Below the pieces are notes generated by a model, which was not told the DNA's origin, ran no database searches, and saw only the letters and a program-made list of their open reading frames with translations. This document shows positions 1 to 9,739 of a stretch of 64,000 bases of DNA, one piece after another (positions within the stretch are counted from its first letter, which is position 1; each line of letters begins with the position of its first letter). A program made the position numbers and the translations under genes. The stretch is from the IMG/VR virus record IMGVR_UViG_3300045988_130724, positions 12,203-76,202 of that record; one strand, given 5' to 3'. Source of the DNA: a virus.

Positions 1-839
1 ACATACGGCAATTGAAACGTTTTTTTAAAAAAGAAATAGCCACTTTCTTTTTGAATGGAATCAGAAATAACTGTCGAACCTTCTTTTATGATATCCATTT
101 CCTTAGACATTATTTCTTGCATATTAGATAACACTCTATTTTGGTCAAGAGCATATAAGTAAGGAGAATTCTTTATATTGTAAGCTGTTTTTTCAATTCT
201 TGCTTTGGTTGCAAAATTGGAATTTTCCGGCAAGGCCGACCAGTTAACAACTAATTTGACAGTAATCTTTTCCTCGTTAATAGAGCCACTAAACTCAAGG
301 TAGTTATCTTCTGCATAATTATTTGCAAAGAAATCTATAACGTTACCATCTTCATCGCATATTGCAACCTGCCAATACTTAATATCGGAATCGTTTTGAG
401 CACTTGACGAACGTCTGATTTGTTTCACGAATAGTTTTTTTGTTGTTCCTTCAATGTAAAATTCTTTAATAAAAGAGGCATAAAACTTGTTTTCAACAAA
501 AAACGGAACTTCCACAAAAAACCATTTTTGACGGTTGTTAAAACCTCCTCCTTGATACTCCCATGTTTCGATCTCCCCGGTCACTCCCACGAACGACAAC
601 TTCAATCCATTTCTCCTAAGTCCTACGGGAACCTTATCTATGGCTGTTTCCAGCGTATATCTGTTACCGCCTTGGATATTATCGGCAGTAACACCGCCGG
701 TCGGATAGACCACGGATACATTTATCTCGTTTATGAGCGCGTCTATCGAAGTACCTGTTCCGGGATGTTTAACTGCATCAGTGGTTGTAGCCGGGTAAAT
801 GGTCTGACCACCTTGGGTGAGTTTGTGAATTTTAGCCAT
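1..839 (-). CDS. tail fibre-like protein (3' end cut by window edge)
   Basis: ATG at 839-837. I walked the frame by hand and it stays open to base 1 (279 codons), so it is missing from the ORF track only because it has no stop in the window. N-terminus is MAKIHKLTQGGQTIYPATTTDAV. Leftmost gene of the fibre block. Confidence 0.6.
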   Translation of the reverse strand, partial: MAKIHKLTQGGQTIYPATTTDAVKHPGTGTSIDALINEINVSVVYPTGGVTADNIQGGNRYTLETAIDKVPVGLRRNGLKLSFVGVTGEIETWEYQGGGFNNRQKWFFVEVPFFVENKFYASFIKEFYIEGTTKKLFVKQIRRSSSAQNDSDIKYWQVAICDEDGNVIDFFANNYAEDNYLEFSGSINEEKITVKLVVNWSALPENSNFATKARIEKTAYNIKNSPYLYALDQNRVLSNMQEIMSKEMDIIKEGSTVISDSIQKESGYFFFKKTFQLPY

Positions 840-927
840 ATAATTTCTATTTATTATAGCTTAAGTTCCGCAAGAACTTAGGCTGCTGTTGTCTTATGTA
901 ATTATTCATTTTTCTTAAGATTAAAAA

Positions 928-1140
928 TTATATTGATGTCACATCGTCAATTTCCTCGGCAAGCAGATACTTCTTGTCAGCGTCTACTGTTTTCTGATAA
1001 GGTGTTAAATCAGGTGCCACATATTTTTTTAATGCATCGGAAGATGTCCTTCCGTTTGTATTCCCTTCCTGAAAGGGTATGCTTTCCTTGCCGTTCAGTG
1101 TTGTCCGTTCGGCAAGCTCGTTAATCGTTTTTCCTGCCAT
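928..1140 (-). CDS. hypothetical protein, fibre N-terminal anchor-like (70 aa)
   Basis: ORF track. MAGKTINELAERTTLNGKESIPFQEGNTNG resembles short N-terminal anchor segments of phage fibres. Sits in the fibre block. Confidence 0.45.
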   Translation of the reverse strand: MAGKTINELAERTTLNGKESIPFQEGNTNGRTSSDALKKYVAPDLTPYQKTVDADKKYLLAEEIDDVTSI

Positions 1141-1151
1141 AATTATTTGTT

Positions 1152-1685
1152 TTACATTATAAACATTCTGCCAATCTCCGCCAATACGGTGATGCCATTA
1201 ACCTTGATTTCCCCGTCTTCATTTTTCCCGATTGCAAACTCCTTATCCGTAGGGATAACTTCCGCAATGGAAACCAAATCATCCTCTGTGAGTGCCCTTT
1301 CGCTGACTGTATAGTCATTGTCTGCCGAAGCGCATTCTCTTGCCTCTTCAAACTCGCGCATCAATGTTTTTTTCATATCAACATAAGAGAGGTATTCCTC
1401 ACTCTGCTTAATCGACTCAAGCTCTTGTTTTTCTTCGTTGCTTATGTTTCCTTTCTTCTCCAATTCATTCACTCGTGGGAAGGCTTGGGCGTCATATCCT
1501 TCGGGCTTCAGCTTGGCATAGATACCGCGCATATCCTCGTTAAAGCTCTCCATTGCCTTTTCGTAGGCTACCAAATTCAAGATAATCTTCACCTTCGTTT
1601 TATTGGCAAGCGGCTCGCCCTCATCCGATTTCAGAGGCACGAGTTGCAAAAAACTCATTTTTTTGATGATTTCGTTGATTTTCAT
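1152..1685 (-). CDS. hypothetical protein (fibre block)
   Basis: ORF track, 177 aa, 4-nt overlap with the upstream ORF. No motif recognised. Confidence 0.6.
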   Translation of the reverse strand: MKINEIIKKMSFLQLVPLKSDEGEPLANKTKVKIILNLVAYEKAMESFNEDMRGIYAKLKPEGYDAQAFPRVNELEKKGNISNEEKQELESIKQSEEYLSYVDMKKTLMREFEEARECASADNDYTVSERALTEDDLVSIAEVIPTDKEFAIGKNEDGEIKVNGITVLAEIGRMFIM

Positions 1686-1921
1686 TTTGCACCTCCTTCC
1701 TTGGGAATGGAAGACAATATGCTTCTAAGCATACTCTCTATATCTTCGATGGGAACTTTCATGCCTACTGTCATGGTAAACCCTGTGGGCATGATAGAGG
1801 CTGTGCCGACATAAGCATCTCCATCCAATACGATATATTGGATATCATTGGTTGTGTTGTTTGAGACTTCACCGTTTTCATAAAGCCTTGTAATACTTTC
1901 TTTTTTTCTTATCAGTTCCAT
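1682..1921 (-). CDS. hypothetical protein (fibre block)
   Basis: ORF track, 79 aa, tightly packed on the same strand. No motif recognised. Confidence 0.5.
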   Translation of the reverse strand: MELIRKKESITRLYENGEVSNNTTNDIQYIVLDGDAYVGTASIMPTGFTMTVGMKVPIEDIESMLRSILSSIPKEGGAK

Positions 1922-1946
1922 ATCTTATAATTTAATGATTAGTATA

Positions 1947-3065
1947 TTATGGGTTAGGGTTCAAAGCCAAAGGATAAGCCTTCTTCGTGTACTTTCCGTT
2001 GGATAGTGTAACATATACATAGTACTCTTGCAAGAAATTCATCAAATCAAATTGACCCGATATCACAACCGGATTGTCCAGAGTCAAATCCTTGTCTCCT
2101 AAAGATTTTTGCTGCTCACCTGCCTGGAACGGGTCGGTCACGTCACTCGTTATGAATCGCAGACTAATCCAATTGTTGCGAAGTGTCATATTGCCATTGG
2201 TAGCCTTTAACTTGAGTTCCCACTTGACAGCCGTATTCAGACCTGTCATTGGATGCGTCACATACTCTGCATTCAGATTGATTACCAAACCACCCGCTTC
2301 TTCTTCCGATACATACTTAACCCTGCCGGGAGAGCAGTTCATAACGGGCAGGAACAAGTTAACCGAATCCAAGTCATAGATGCTATCAATCTTATTCATG
2401 CAGAGAAACGGATATACATCATAATATTGACCTAGTGTCAGACCCCTGGCAGGCATTTCCAATGACACACCCGGCTTCACGTTCGCCAGTTTCCTTACGA
2501 TTCTGTTGGACGAGTCAACCAACATCGCCCCAAACCACCATGTTTCAAGGTTAGTCCCGAAATCTATATCGGACAACGTTATAGAGCCGGGTCCTGACTT
2601 GTCCACATCGGTAATGTTGATTCCAACCGAACATGATATGGTTCCGGATTGGGATACTTTGGAATCGCACTGAAATGCGAATATGGGTGCCCATGCATTA
2701 TGCTTGTACAACAGAAAATCAGCCAACCTGTACGGACTCCCACTTCCTCCCCAAGGTCTCTCATAGGTATATCCGTTCATCTTGTCTTCCGTATACAGCT
2801 TGGGGATTTCCTCATAAGACGCTACAGGGGGCGGCTTAATGCCGCAATTCCTCATCGAGCCTTTCCACCACGCCCCTTCACCGTCAGATGGCATGCTCCT
2901 GTCAGGAGCGGCAGAGGCAATATGGACAGGCTTGCATCTTGACCACATATTAATCTCATGGCTCGTGCACAACCCGCTCACATTCGTTGCAGACGTCCCA
3001 AGAACGGCAGCAACGTCACTCCTCAGATTGACAGGAGACGTAATTACGTTATTCGAGTTAGCCAT
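1947..3065 (-). CDS. hypothetical tail-associated protein
   Basis: 372 aa ORF, 1 nt after the upstream stop, downstream of the giant fibre gene. No motif recognised. Function inferred from position only. Confidence 0.6.
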   Translation of the reverse strand: MANSNNVITSPVNLRSDVAAVLGTSATNVSGLCTSHEINMWSRCKPVHIASAAPDRSMPSDGEGAWWKGSMRNCGIKPPPVASYEEIPKLYTEDKMNGYTYERPWGGSGSPYRLADFLLYKHNAWAPIFAFQCDSKVSQSGTISCSVGINITDVDKSGPGSITLSDIDFGTNLETWWFGAMLVDSSNRIVRKLANVKPGVSLEMPARGLTLGQYYDVYPFLCMNKIDSIYDLDSVNLFLPVMNCSPGRVKYVSEEEAGGLVINLNAEYVTHPMTGLNTAVKWELKLKATNGNMTLRNNWISLRFITSDVTDPFQAGEQQKSLGDKDLTLDNPVVISGQFDLMNFLQEYYVYVTLSNGKYTKKAYPLALNPNP

Positions 3066-3066
3066 A

Positions 3067-3543
3067 TCAGTAGAGCAGTAACAGGGTTATATAAGTCGAG
3101 ATAAAGGCACACATCTCCATCCAAAACACAGGCTTCTTGAACTTAAGGCATGCCAATACGATTACACCGCCAAGGAAGGTTATAAGAGGGACGTACCAAA
3201 AACTCATCAACACTTGCCATACAAGAGAGGCAAGCGCGCAGATTCCCGCGCTTACATAATGGATATTGCGGTTATAGTCCTCCTTGAACAAGGGAGCCGA
3301 GCCGACAAAAGCCAATGATGCACTTGCAATGAACGCCAGGAATTGGTATTCTTCCTTGCTGGCTTCAATAAACGATGCAACCAGCAGGGAAGATTCGGCA
3401 AGACAGAAGAGCGTGAACAGCCAACCCCTCTTTCCAAGCCGATAGTATGTGTCACTGATACTTGCAGGGATGCCATACATCCCGACTGTATATCCGATAT
3501 AGGATACAAACAGAATAATCGAAACAATCAATAATGTAACCAT
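3067..3543 (-). CDS. polytopic membrane protein (about 6 TM)
   Basis: 158 aa, almost entirely hydrophobic segments (LLIVSIILFVSYIGYTV, WLFTLFCLAESSLLVASFI, FLAFIASASLAFVGSAPLF, VSAGICALASLVWQVLM, VPLITFLGGVIVLACL, MCAFISTYITLLLLY). Confidence 0.65.
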   Translation of the reverse strand: MVTLLIVSIILFVSYIGYTVGMYGIPASISDTYYRLGKRGWLFTLFCLAESSLLVASFIEASKEEYQFLAFIASASLAFVGSAPLFKEDYNRNIHYVSAGICALASLVWQVLMSFWYVPLITFLGGVIVLACLKFKKPVFWMEMCAFISTYITLLLLY

Positions 3544-3548
3544 AGTTT

Positions 3549-6500
3549 TTAATTTATAAATTTACGTTTCAAATCATCAATCTCTTTGTGCAGCTCAATT
3601 ATCTGAGCCTGCAATACTGCCGTATATTGGGCATAGTTCACGGACAGGTAGTGTTCTTTCGTGCTGCCTTTAGACACCAGCTCAGGATACAATTCTATCA
3701 TGTTCTGTGCGATAAACCCTATACTTTCCTTTCCATCCTTGATATAGCTGACAGGGGTGATGAACCCTCTGTTCCGTAGCGGTTTTATACATGACTTTAA
3801 GCGGGCGTCCGAATAAACGGCAACCTCACCTTCTGCAAGGAAGTTTCCGGAAACAGTAAAACGCGAAGCAACAAGGTCCGCTGTACCTTCTCCGTTTAAT
3901 TGAAAATGTACGCCGTTTGTAGATCCATCATCCGAATTGGATACCGCAATCAGCATGCTTCCCCAGTTGTTTACGCGTCTAATACTACCAATTGTATATC
4001 TCGTTATGAATCCGGCTCCACTTAATATATCTTCCCACCCAATGATAGGTCTACAAGCAGAGCCGCTGTTTGACATTACCGCCATTTGATTAGCCCCGAA
4101 TACGCAGTTATCTACATTTTGGAAAATTCTCCACTCGTGCTCCCAATAGTCTGTCATCGTGCTTACGAATGATGCTCTACATTGAAGATCGTTGTAGCAA
4201 TAGAGATTCGTGATATTAACAATACCATCCGGCTGGAACTGAGCTACACACCCTGCCGAAGTGTAGAAATCAATGCCATGATAACCCGACATTACGACCC
4301 TGTTGTTGTAACTAAAATTGATCCCATGCCAAGGATTATAATCATTGTGGACATCATTAGGGTTGACGCCAATCACGTAACACCCAATCTTAGTAAACCA
4401 ACCACTATCCCACATGTGATTAACCCATCCACCGCCAAGGCTCTTGCTTCCCGATGTGGGAATCAGCCCATCAGAACCGAAACTGTAACCGAATCCCGAA
4501 CCATTAAGGGATATTTTTTTGCTTCCGTAGATAGTCAAGGAATCATTAGACGCCTCCTTCAAGTATACGTAATCACCGTCACCGAAGTTTATTTTGTTAC
4601 CAAAATTCCCGGCTTTGTTCAGGACTATATTATTAGCGGTCGTAGTTCCGTTTATCGCAAGGTTGCCTGTTATCGTCCCGCCTGCCAAAGGCAGATACTT
4701 TCCTGTTATAACATCGTCCTCCAATTGGGACAGTTTTGTCGGGTACGCAGGAAGAGGTATCACCCCATTGGATACATTATAAGGAGTCGTGCCCAGCTTT
4801 ACCTGCTTGGCATATACATTGCCCAAGTCCGGTATGTGGGAAAAATGGATTCTCTTGGACGTGTCAGACTTGGCAAGCTCATCCCACATGGCATCTATAT
4901 CCAAACCGCCACCGCCTTTTTTATTCGTCCACTTGTTTTTGATTGAGTCGTAGGTCAATACCTGTCCTTCCGATAGAGGAGTAACCAGGTCTACATCGTC
5001 CAGCATGCCCAATGAGGTTGCACCACTTCCACTACCGGTTGTCGAACCGAACGCAGCAAGGTCTCCCGTAGCGTAGAAATTAACCATAGACCCATCATCT
5101 TTCTCTACATATACGGCATTATTGGCTGCGTCATATTTCAGCATGGCATTACCGATTTGGACAGAATTGATGGCTTTTATATGAGTGAACGGATATTGAG
5201 GTTCCAATATATATTTGAATTCTGCCGAGCGCAAGAACTTAAATGCCGACAGTAATACACCGACCGTTTCCTCACCGACAAAGAATGACAACGGGTCTGC
5301 ATGGAGTGTACCATCTTCTTCCCACCAAAGTGCACCGTTGGCAAAGTAACCCGTACCGTCAAAGCGCACAAGACCTTTGGCAACGTTTTCCGGCACGCTG
5401 CTTTCCGGGTAATCGAATTTGTCCAGCATGGAACCTCCCCACCAGGAAGCAATACCTCCGCCACGCTTGTCGGATTGGTGTACACCGTTCGTACCGCTCA
5501 TTATCTTGAAACCGCTTTCCGAGGTGTATCCTAAAGCTAACAATGAGGATTGAATAAGACCACCCTCAATATTGGTATATTCCTTAAGTGCTTTCGTCAG
5601 ATAGGATATATCTCCTATATTCTTTGATATTTCCTTGATGGATTCGTTAAGCTTGCCCTGTATATAATTGTTCGCAGCATTGACATTGGCAATAAAATCA
5701 CCGTACTTCAAGTTGAACGCTGAATACTTGCCATCCACCATAGCCACTTCGGTCGCTGTGGTCTTACCGTCCTGAATCACACCGTTAATGGTGTTTATAA
5801 GCTCCTGTGCCGAGCTATTGAACAAGCGGTACGCGGTTTCCAGCTCCGTCTTTACCACACCTTCATCAAGAAGCTCATTCTCTATAATCTTATTATAGGA
5901 TTCTGTTACATCGTTTTTGATGGAATCAATATTATTCAGGTATTTTTTAATCGCAGCCGCTTCCCCTCTGTCTACGATACCATCATTGAATGCTTTATCG
6001 GTAAAGTCCTTCATTGAACTTACAGTACTGTCCAGCTTTTCAGCCGCTTTCTTCGTTTCTTCGGCTATTTTCTTTGCTTCTTGCGCCAAAGTGTCATCAG
6101 TGTATTTTGATGCAAGCTCCCAATGGGAGATACTAAATGCTTCCCCTGCCTTTTTTGAAGTGTTCGCTCTGAGCATATCGTCCTTGTAAGTGCTACCATA
6201 GGTCGCATTTACCCACATATCACCTATGTCGTATGCGTCCGAATTCTGCGGTTGTCTCACAAAGATGCGTCTTTTCCCATCTGCGGTATCCTGTGCTTTT
6301 TGAGCGTTTTCCAAAGCCTTGACAATATCCGTATCGGTAATGGCATTCCAATACCATCCCTTTTCTTGTTCATATTGGAACCGGTATGCTTTTCCCTCCT
6401 TGCTGTAATAGAGGTCTCCCAAATGATTGTTCTTCTTCTCATCTGTATCCCAATCGGATGCGGGAAGATTTTCAAGGGTGGGCACCGGGTCGTAAAACCA

Positions 6501-9260
6501 TGTTTCTATCGCACCGTCAACCTGATTCTGGATATTATCTATTTCCTGCTTGATGTACTCTTTCAGAGGGTCTAAATCCTCAATGTACTTTTCAGATGCT
6601 TTTTTGAGAGCATCTTCGATGGTGTCTCCATTGCCGATGGTAGTACCGACCGACAGCTTTCCTTTCAATTCCACGCCTTCACCTTGGGTGAACTTAACAA
6701 AGCTGTTACCATCACGGTCCCCAATATACGCATCACCGTATACATGGAAAAACGCCTTGTTGTTAGTTTTGTCTACACCATACTCAACATACTCCTTGTT
6801 CAAGTAGGAGTAGGAGTCTATACCGTGATACAGAGTAACACTTGGGCTGAACACATCGGTAGAAGAGAAAACGATGGCATTCTGTGCGTCAATATTGCTT
6901 TCATCCGTCACGTCATTACCGCCAATGCCTTTCCATTTGATTCGTGCACCAAGGTGGGCTACAGTATCACCCTTTGCCGGAATGTCACTGCCTGTGTCGC
7001 AATCCGCCATGCTGAGGTCAATATAGTGCAATTTGTATATGCCGACATTGATAGGCTCTTTGCTTGCCCCTACACATAAACGCCAATAATAATGGTTCGC
7101 CACCTGTTGGTATTCTCCCGGCTTTTTGATATTGAAGTTTTTGCTCTGTACCTGGAAGCCTGCACGGAAGCGGTTCTCCACTTCCACACCGTCCTGCTCG
7201 GCAAGGAAGAAACATCTGTACACGCCTTCGGGAACGCCATTGTCTACCGTTTCTTTATCCATCAATTGGAGTTCACTGCCATCTGCAAGCAATATAGGAT
7301 TCCCGTCTGCCATTGAAAGTATGGGCGTTTGTTCAATGGTGCCCTTGGTCCAAACATCAATAAGCGTAACAGCACCACCCGGAGTTAGAACTATCTTTCC
7401 ACCTACAGAATTTACATTTTGTATCTCCAGTGATTCGAAATAGGCTTTCATGCGGACTTTCAGTTTATCAACCTCCGCATAGGTTTGACCTGTTTCCTTA
7501 TCAACCATTATGATACCACCTGTACTACCACTGACAAATTTCCCTATTTCAAAAGCTTTGTCAGAGGATAACTTGTGCGGGGTACGGTCATCTTTATCTT
7601 TCCGCAAGAACATGCTTAATGAACGCAAAGCAGAGAATGCATTATTGTCGGTAGCCGGTGTGGAATCATTTCTTTTAATCAGATAAACCCCACTGCCCCA
7701 ACCGCCTGTATAAGTCTGACCTTTCAGGGTAAGAGATTCTATCTTGCCTTCGAGGTCCCCTATACGCGAGTAGGCTGCCGTCTCCCCTACTGTATAAATC
7801 GGAGAATCATAAGGAAAGTCAAGATTAAACTCGTATCCGATAACCCTTGACTGCCTTCCGTTCTCAAAATAAGCCTTATTGATTAAGTTAACCTTCTGAC
7901 CGATGCCGTAGAGATTGTGCACTCCGTCCTCACTGTATGCGACATCGGACATCATCATACAGTTGTAAGTGTTGGGGTCTATCTTTGACTTGGCAACGTA
8001 CTTCTCGGCTTTGTCCTTCAATTCCTGCTCGGCAGACGATACAAGCCCTAATTCGGCTATCTTCGTGCTGTCCCAACCGGATAGAATATAAGTATCCCCA
8101 TTCTCAGGAATAAGCACTCCGTCCGGAAGCGGTCTGCCGTAGTTCTCATTTCTGACTATTTCCCAAAGTTGTTCATTCTTATTGTCAGGGTCGAATGTCA
8201 CAGCGAATTCCATACCATTCAACTTGCCGGATTGGAAAATGATTTTCAATTCCTCACCGGGAAGGATATAGTCCTTTGAGAAGGTAATGCCGGTATCCTT
8301 GAAGCGGTAGGCATTCCATTTTTTCTCGGTGGTTGTGCCGTCCTCATTCTCCACCTTGTCTGTCACCTCAATAGTTGTGACATCCGACATGGTGCCGACC
8401 CTTCGGGGATAGACTTCATCGAAGATAACCACTTGTTCAATGGCTTCCTCGGTAGTCATATCAGGATAAGCGTCTATGTACGGAGTTCCGTCGGGCAACA
8501 TTAAGCGTTTTTGCACAACGCCGTTCACAACCACCGACTCATCAACCGGACGGTAGTTGGAAGGGATATTCCTTGTGGAACCGAAAGCATATATTCGGGT
8601 GGCGTAGGTTGATTGGGAATCGGAACGTGACATCTCTACAACGTTCACCCCGATTTCAAAGTTAACCGCATCGCCAGACTCGCAACGTCCGAAATGGATG
8701 ATGTTTTCAGTCACCCAACATTCGCAATCCCATTTCTTCGCCATCTCAAAACAGGCGTCAAGGATGTTGATGTTGTCATAAGTCATCAGTAGTGCCTTAT
8801 TCTCTACAGTGCTGTCAATGGAGAAAACAAAATCCTGTCCTTTATACTTATAGCCAAGAGCTTTCAGATTTCTAAGGACTATACCGGCTTGAACATCAAG
8901 TGAAGCGGTGAGATTCCAGGACGCTTCCTGCCCTGCCGTTTCCGGGGTGTATTTGAAGACTTTGTTTTTCCATTTCCAATAATGGGAGCCAAGCTGCAAT
9001 TCATAATCATATCCTCCCGTATTGGCGTTGAAGATGGGTTTTTGCAAGTCGCACACCTCGAACAGTCCAAACTCGCATTCCACGTATGATCCTAGCTTGA
9101 AGTATATGGGGTTATCCAAAGAAAATTTCAACGTGATGTAATCTTCCTTCATCAACGTAAACTTCCGCTTGCAACCGCCATTGGGAAGGATTGAAAGGAT
9201 AATATCTCCTGATATGTTTTTAATGTCTATTAGTCCCATACAAGTATTGTATAGCTTCAT
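3549..9260 (-). CDS. giant tail-tip/fibre protein with C-terminal S74 intramolecular-chaperone domain
   Basis: 1903 aa, directly after the TMP and Dit-position genes. Has a fibre-type LPLAGGTITGNL segment, Gly-rich linkers and a coiled-coil centre. The last 87 aa (3549-3812), SDARLKSCIKPL...GFIAQNMIELYPELV...YAQYTAVLQAQIIELHKEI, match the endosialidase-chaperone (peptidase S74) module. Confidence 0.9.
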   Translation of the reverse strand: MKLYNTCMGLIDIKNISGDIILSILPNGGCKRKFTLMKEDYITLKFSLDNPIYFKLGSYVECEFGLFEVCDLQKPIFNANTGGYDYELQLGSHYWKWKNKVFKYTPETAGQEASWNLTASLDVQAGIVLRNLKALGYKYKGQDFVFSIDSTVENKALLMTYDNINILDACFEMAKKWDCECWVTENIIHFGRCESGDAVNFEIGVNVVEMSRSDSQSTYATRIYAFGSTRNIPSNYRPVDESVVVNGVVQKRLMLPDGTPYIDAYPDMTTEEAIEQVVIFDEVYPRRVGTMSDVTTIEVTDKVENEDGTTTEKKWNAYRFKDTGITFSKDYILPGEELKIIFQSGKLNGMEFAVTFDPDNKNEQLWEIVRNENYGRPLPDGVLIPENGDTYILSGWDSTKIAELGLVSSAEQELKDKAEKYVAKSKIDPNTYNCMMMSDVAYSEDGVHNLYGIGQKVNLINKAYFENGRQSRVIGYEFNLDFPYDSPIYTVGETAAYSRIGDLEGKIESLTLKGQTYTGGWGSGVYLIKRNDSTPATDNNAFSALRSLSMFLRKDKDDRTPHKLSSDKAFEIGKFVSGSTGGIIMVDKETGQTYAEVDKLKVRMKAYFESLEIQNVNSVGGKIVLTPGGAVTLIDVWTKGTIEQTPILSMADGNPILLADGSELQLMDKETVDNGVPEGVYRCFFLAEQDGVEVENRFRAGFQVQSKNFNIKKPGEYQQVANHYYWRLCVGASKEPINVGIYKLHYIDLSMADCDTGSDIPAKGDTVAHLGARIKWKGIGGNDVTDESNIDAQNAIVFSSTDVFSPSVTLYHGIDSYSYLNKEYVEYGVDKTNNKAFFHVYGDAYIGDRDGNSFVKFTQGEGVELKGKLSVGTTIGNGDTIEDALKKASEKYIEDLDPLKEYIKQEIDNIQNQVDGAIETWFYDPVPTLENLPASDWDTDEKKNNHLGDLYYSKEGKAYRFQYEQEKGWYWNAITDTDIVKALENAQKAQDTADGKRRIFVRQPQNSDAYDIGDMWVNATYGSTYKDDMLRANTSKKAGEAFSISHWELASKYTDDTLAQEAKKIAEETKKAAEKLDSTVSSMKDFTDKAFNDGIVDRGEAAAIKKYLNNIDSIKNDVTESYNKIIENELLDEGVVKTELETAYRLFNSSAQELINTINGVIQDGKTTATEVAMVDGKYSAFNLKYGDFIANVNAANNYIQGKLNESIKEISKNIGDISYLTKALKEYTNIEGGLIQSSLLALGYTSESGFKIMSGTNGVHQSDKRGGGIASWWGGSMLDKFDYPESSVPENVAKGLVRFDGTGYFANGALWWEEDGTLHADPLSFFVGEETVGVLLSAFKFLRSAEFKYILEPQYPFTHIKAINSVQIGNAMLKYDAANNAVYVEKDDGSMVNFYATGDLAAFGSTTGSGSGATSLGMLDDVDLVTPLSEGQVLTYDSIKNKWTNKKGGGGLDIDAMWDELAKSDTSKRIHFSHIPDLGNVYAKQVKLGTTPYNVSNGVIPLPAYPTKLSQLEDDVITGKYLPLAGGTITGNLAINGTTTANNIVLNKAGNFGNKINFGDGDYVYLKEASNDSLTIYGSKKISLNGSGFGYSFGSDGLIPTSGSKSLGGGWVNHMWDSGWFTKIGCYVIGVNPNDVHNDYNPWHGINFSYNNRVVMSGYHGIDFYTSAGCVAQFQPDGIVNITNLYCYNDLQCRASFVSTMTDYWEHEWRIFQNVDNCVFGANQMAVMSNSGSACRPIIGWEDILSGAGFITRYTIGSIRRVNNWGSMLIAVSNSDDGSTNGVHFQLNGEGTADLVASRFTVSGNFLAEGEVAVYSDARLKSCIKPLRNRGFITPVSYIKDGKESIGFIAQNMIELYPELVSKGSTKEHYLSVNYAQYTAVLQAQIIELHKEIDDLKRKFIN

Positions 9261-9274
9261 ACAATGTTATGTAG

Positions 9275-9282
9275 CAAATATA
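9275..9282 (-). promoter_or_regulatory. -7 box TATATTTG (Bacteroides TAnnTTTG consensus)
   Basis: Plus strand reads caaatata, 15 nt upstream of the ATG of the 1903-aa gene. Confidence 0.4.
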
Positions 9283-9321
9283 CAAATAAATCACATGATA
9301 GCATTATATTCAAAGAAAAAA

Positions 9322-9738
9322 TCACGTTGTCCTATCCGCAGGATTAGGTTCCACTAATTTCAAGGAGAAACTAGCGATTCCCCTCATAAACTGTGTAAAT
9401 TGGTTACATGACAAATAAATAGTCTTATACACAACATTTGGCTGATATTTGCTTCTGATATGTAATACCCCAGTGGCGAGTTCTTCACAAAAAGAATTAT
9501 ATCTAACAAAAAACTGATCTTCGCTTTTAGCCGTAAGATTAAATGTAAGTGTAATATTCCTTTCATCAACCCTGGGATTTGAAGTTATAACTCGCTTGCC
9601 GTTTTCCAGGCGTGACTTGTTTTCTATAAACTCTTTCATCGGCGGTGGTGTCATTAACGCCGATAAAGAAGAGGTATCCATACTTATTCCCCATGTGGTA
9701 TAAGCATCCTTGTCATTTATATAAAATTCTCCTTCCAT
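9322..9738 (-). CDS. distal tail (Dit)-position protein
   Basis: 138 aa, 1 nt after the TMP stop and before the tail-tip/fibre gene. Call is by position. Confidence 0.5.
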   Translation of the reverse strand: MEGEFYINDKDAYTTWGISMDTSSLSALMTPPPMKEFIENKSRLENGKRVITSNPRVDERNITLTFNLTAKSEDQFFVRYNSFCEELATGVLHIRSKYQPNVVYKTIYLSCNQFTQFMRGIASFSLKLVEPNPADRTT

Positions 9739-9739
9739 G

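Noticed and set aside
4182-4946. 254-aa plus-strand ORF, together with many other plus-strand ORFs inside the fibre and TMP genes (for example 10050-10388, 11826-12116, 12791-13105 and 13377-13745).
   Set aside because: They lie fully antisense to long ORFs that have clear structural-protein features. Their composition is low-complexity Ser/Leu/Phe-rich, typical of shadow frames.
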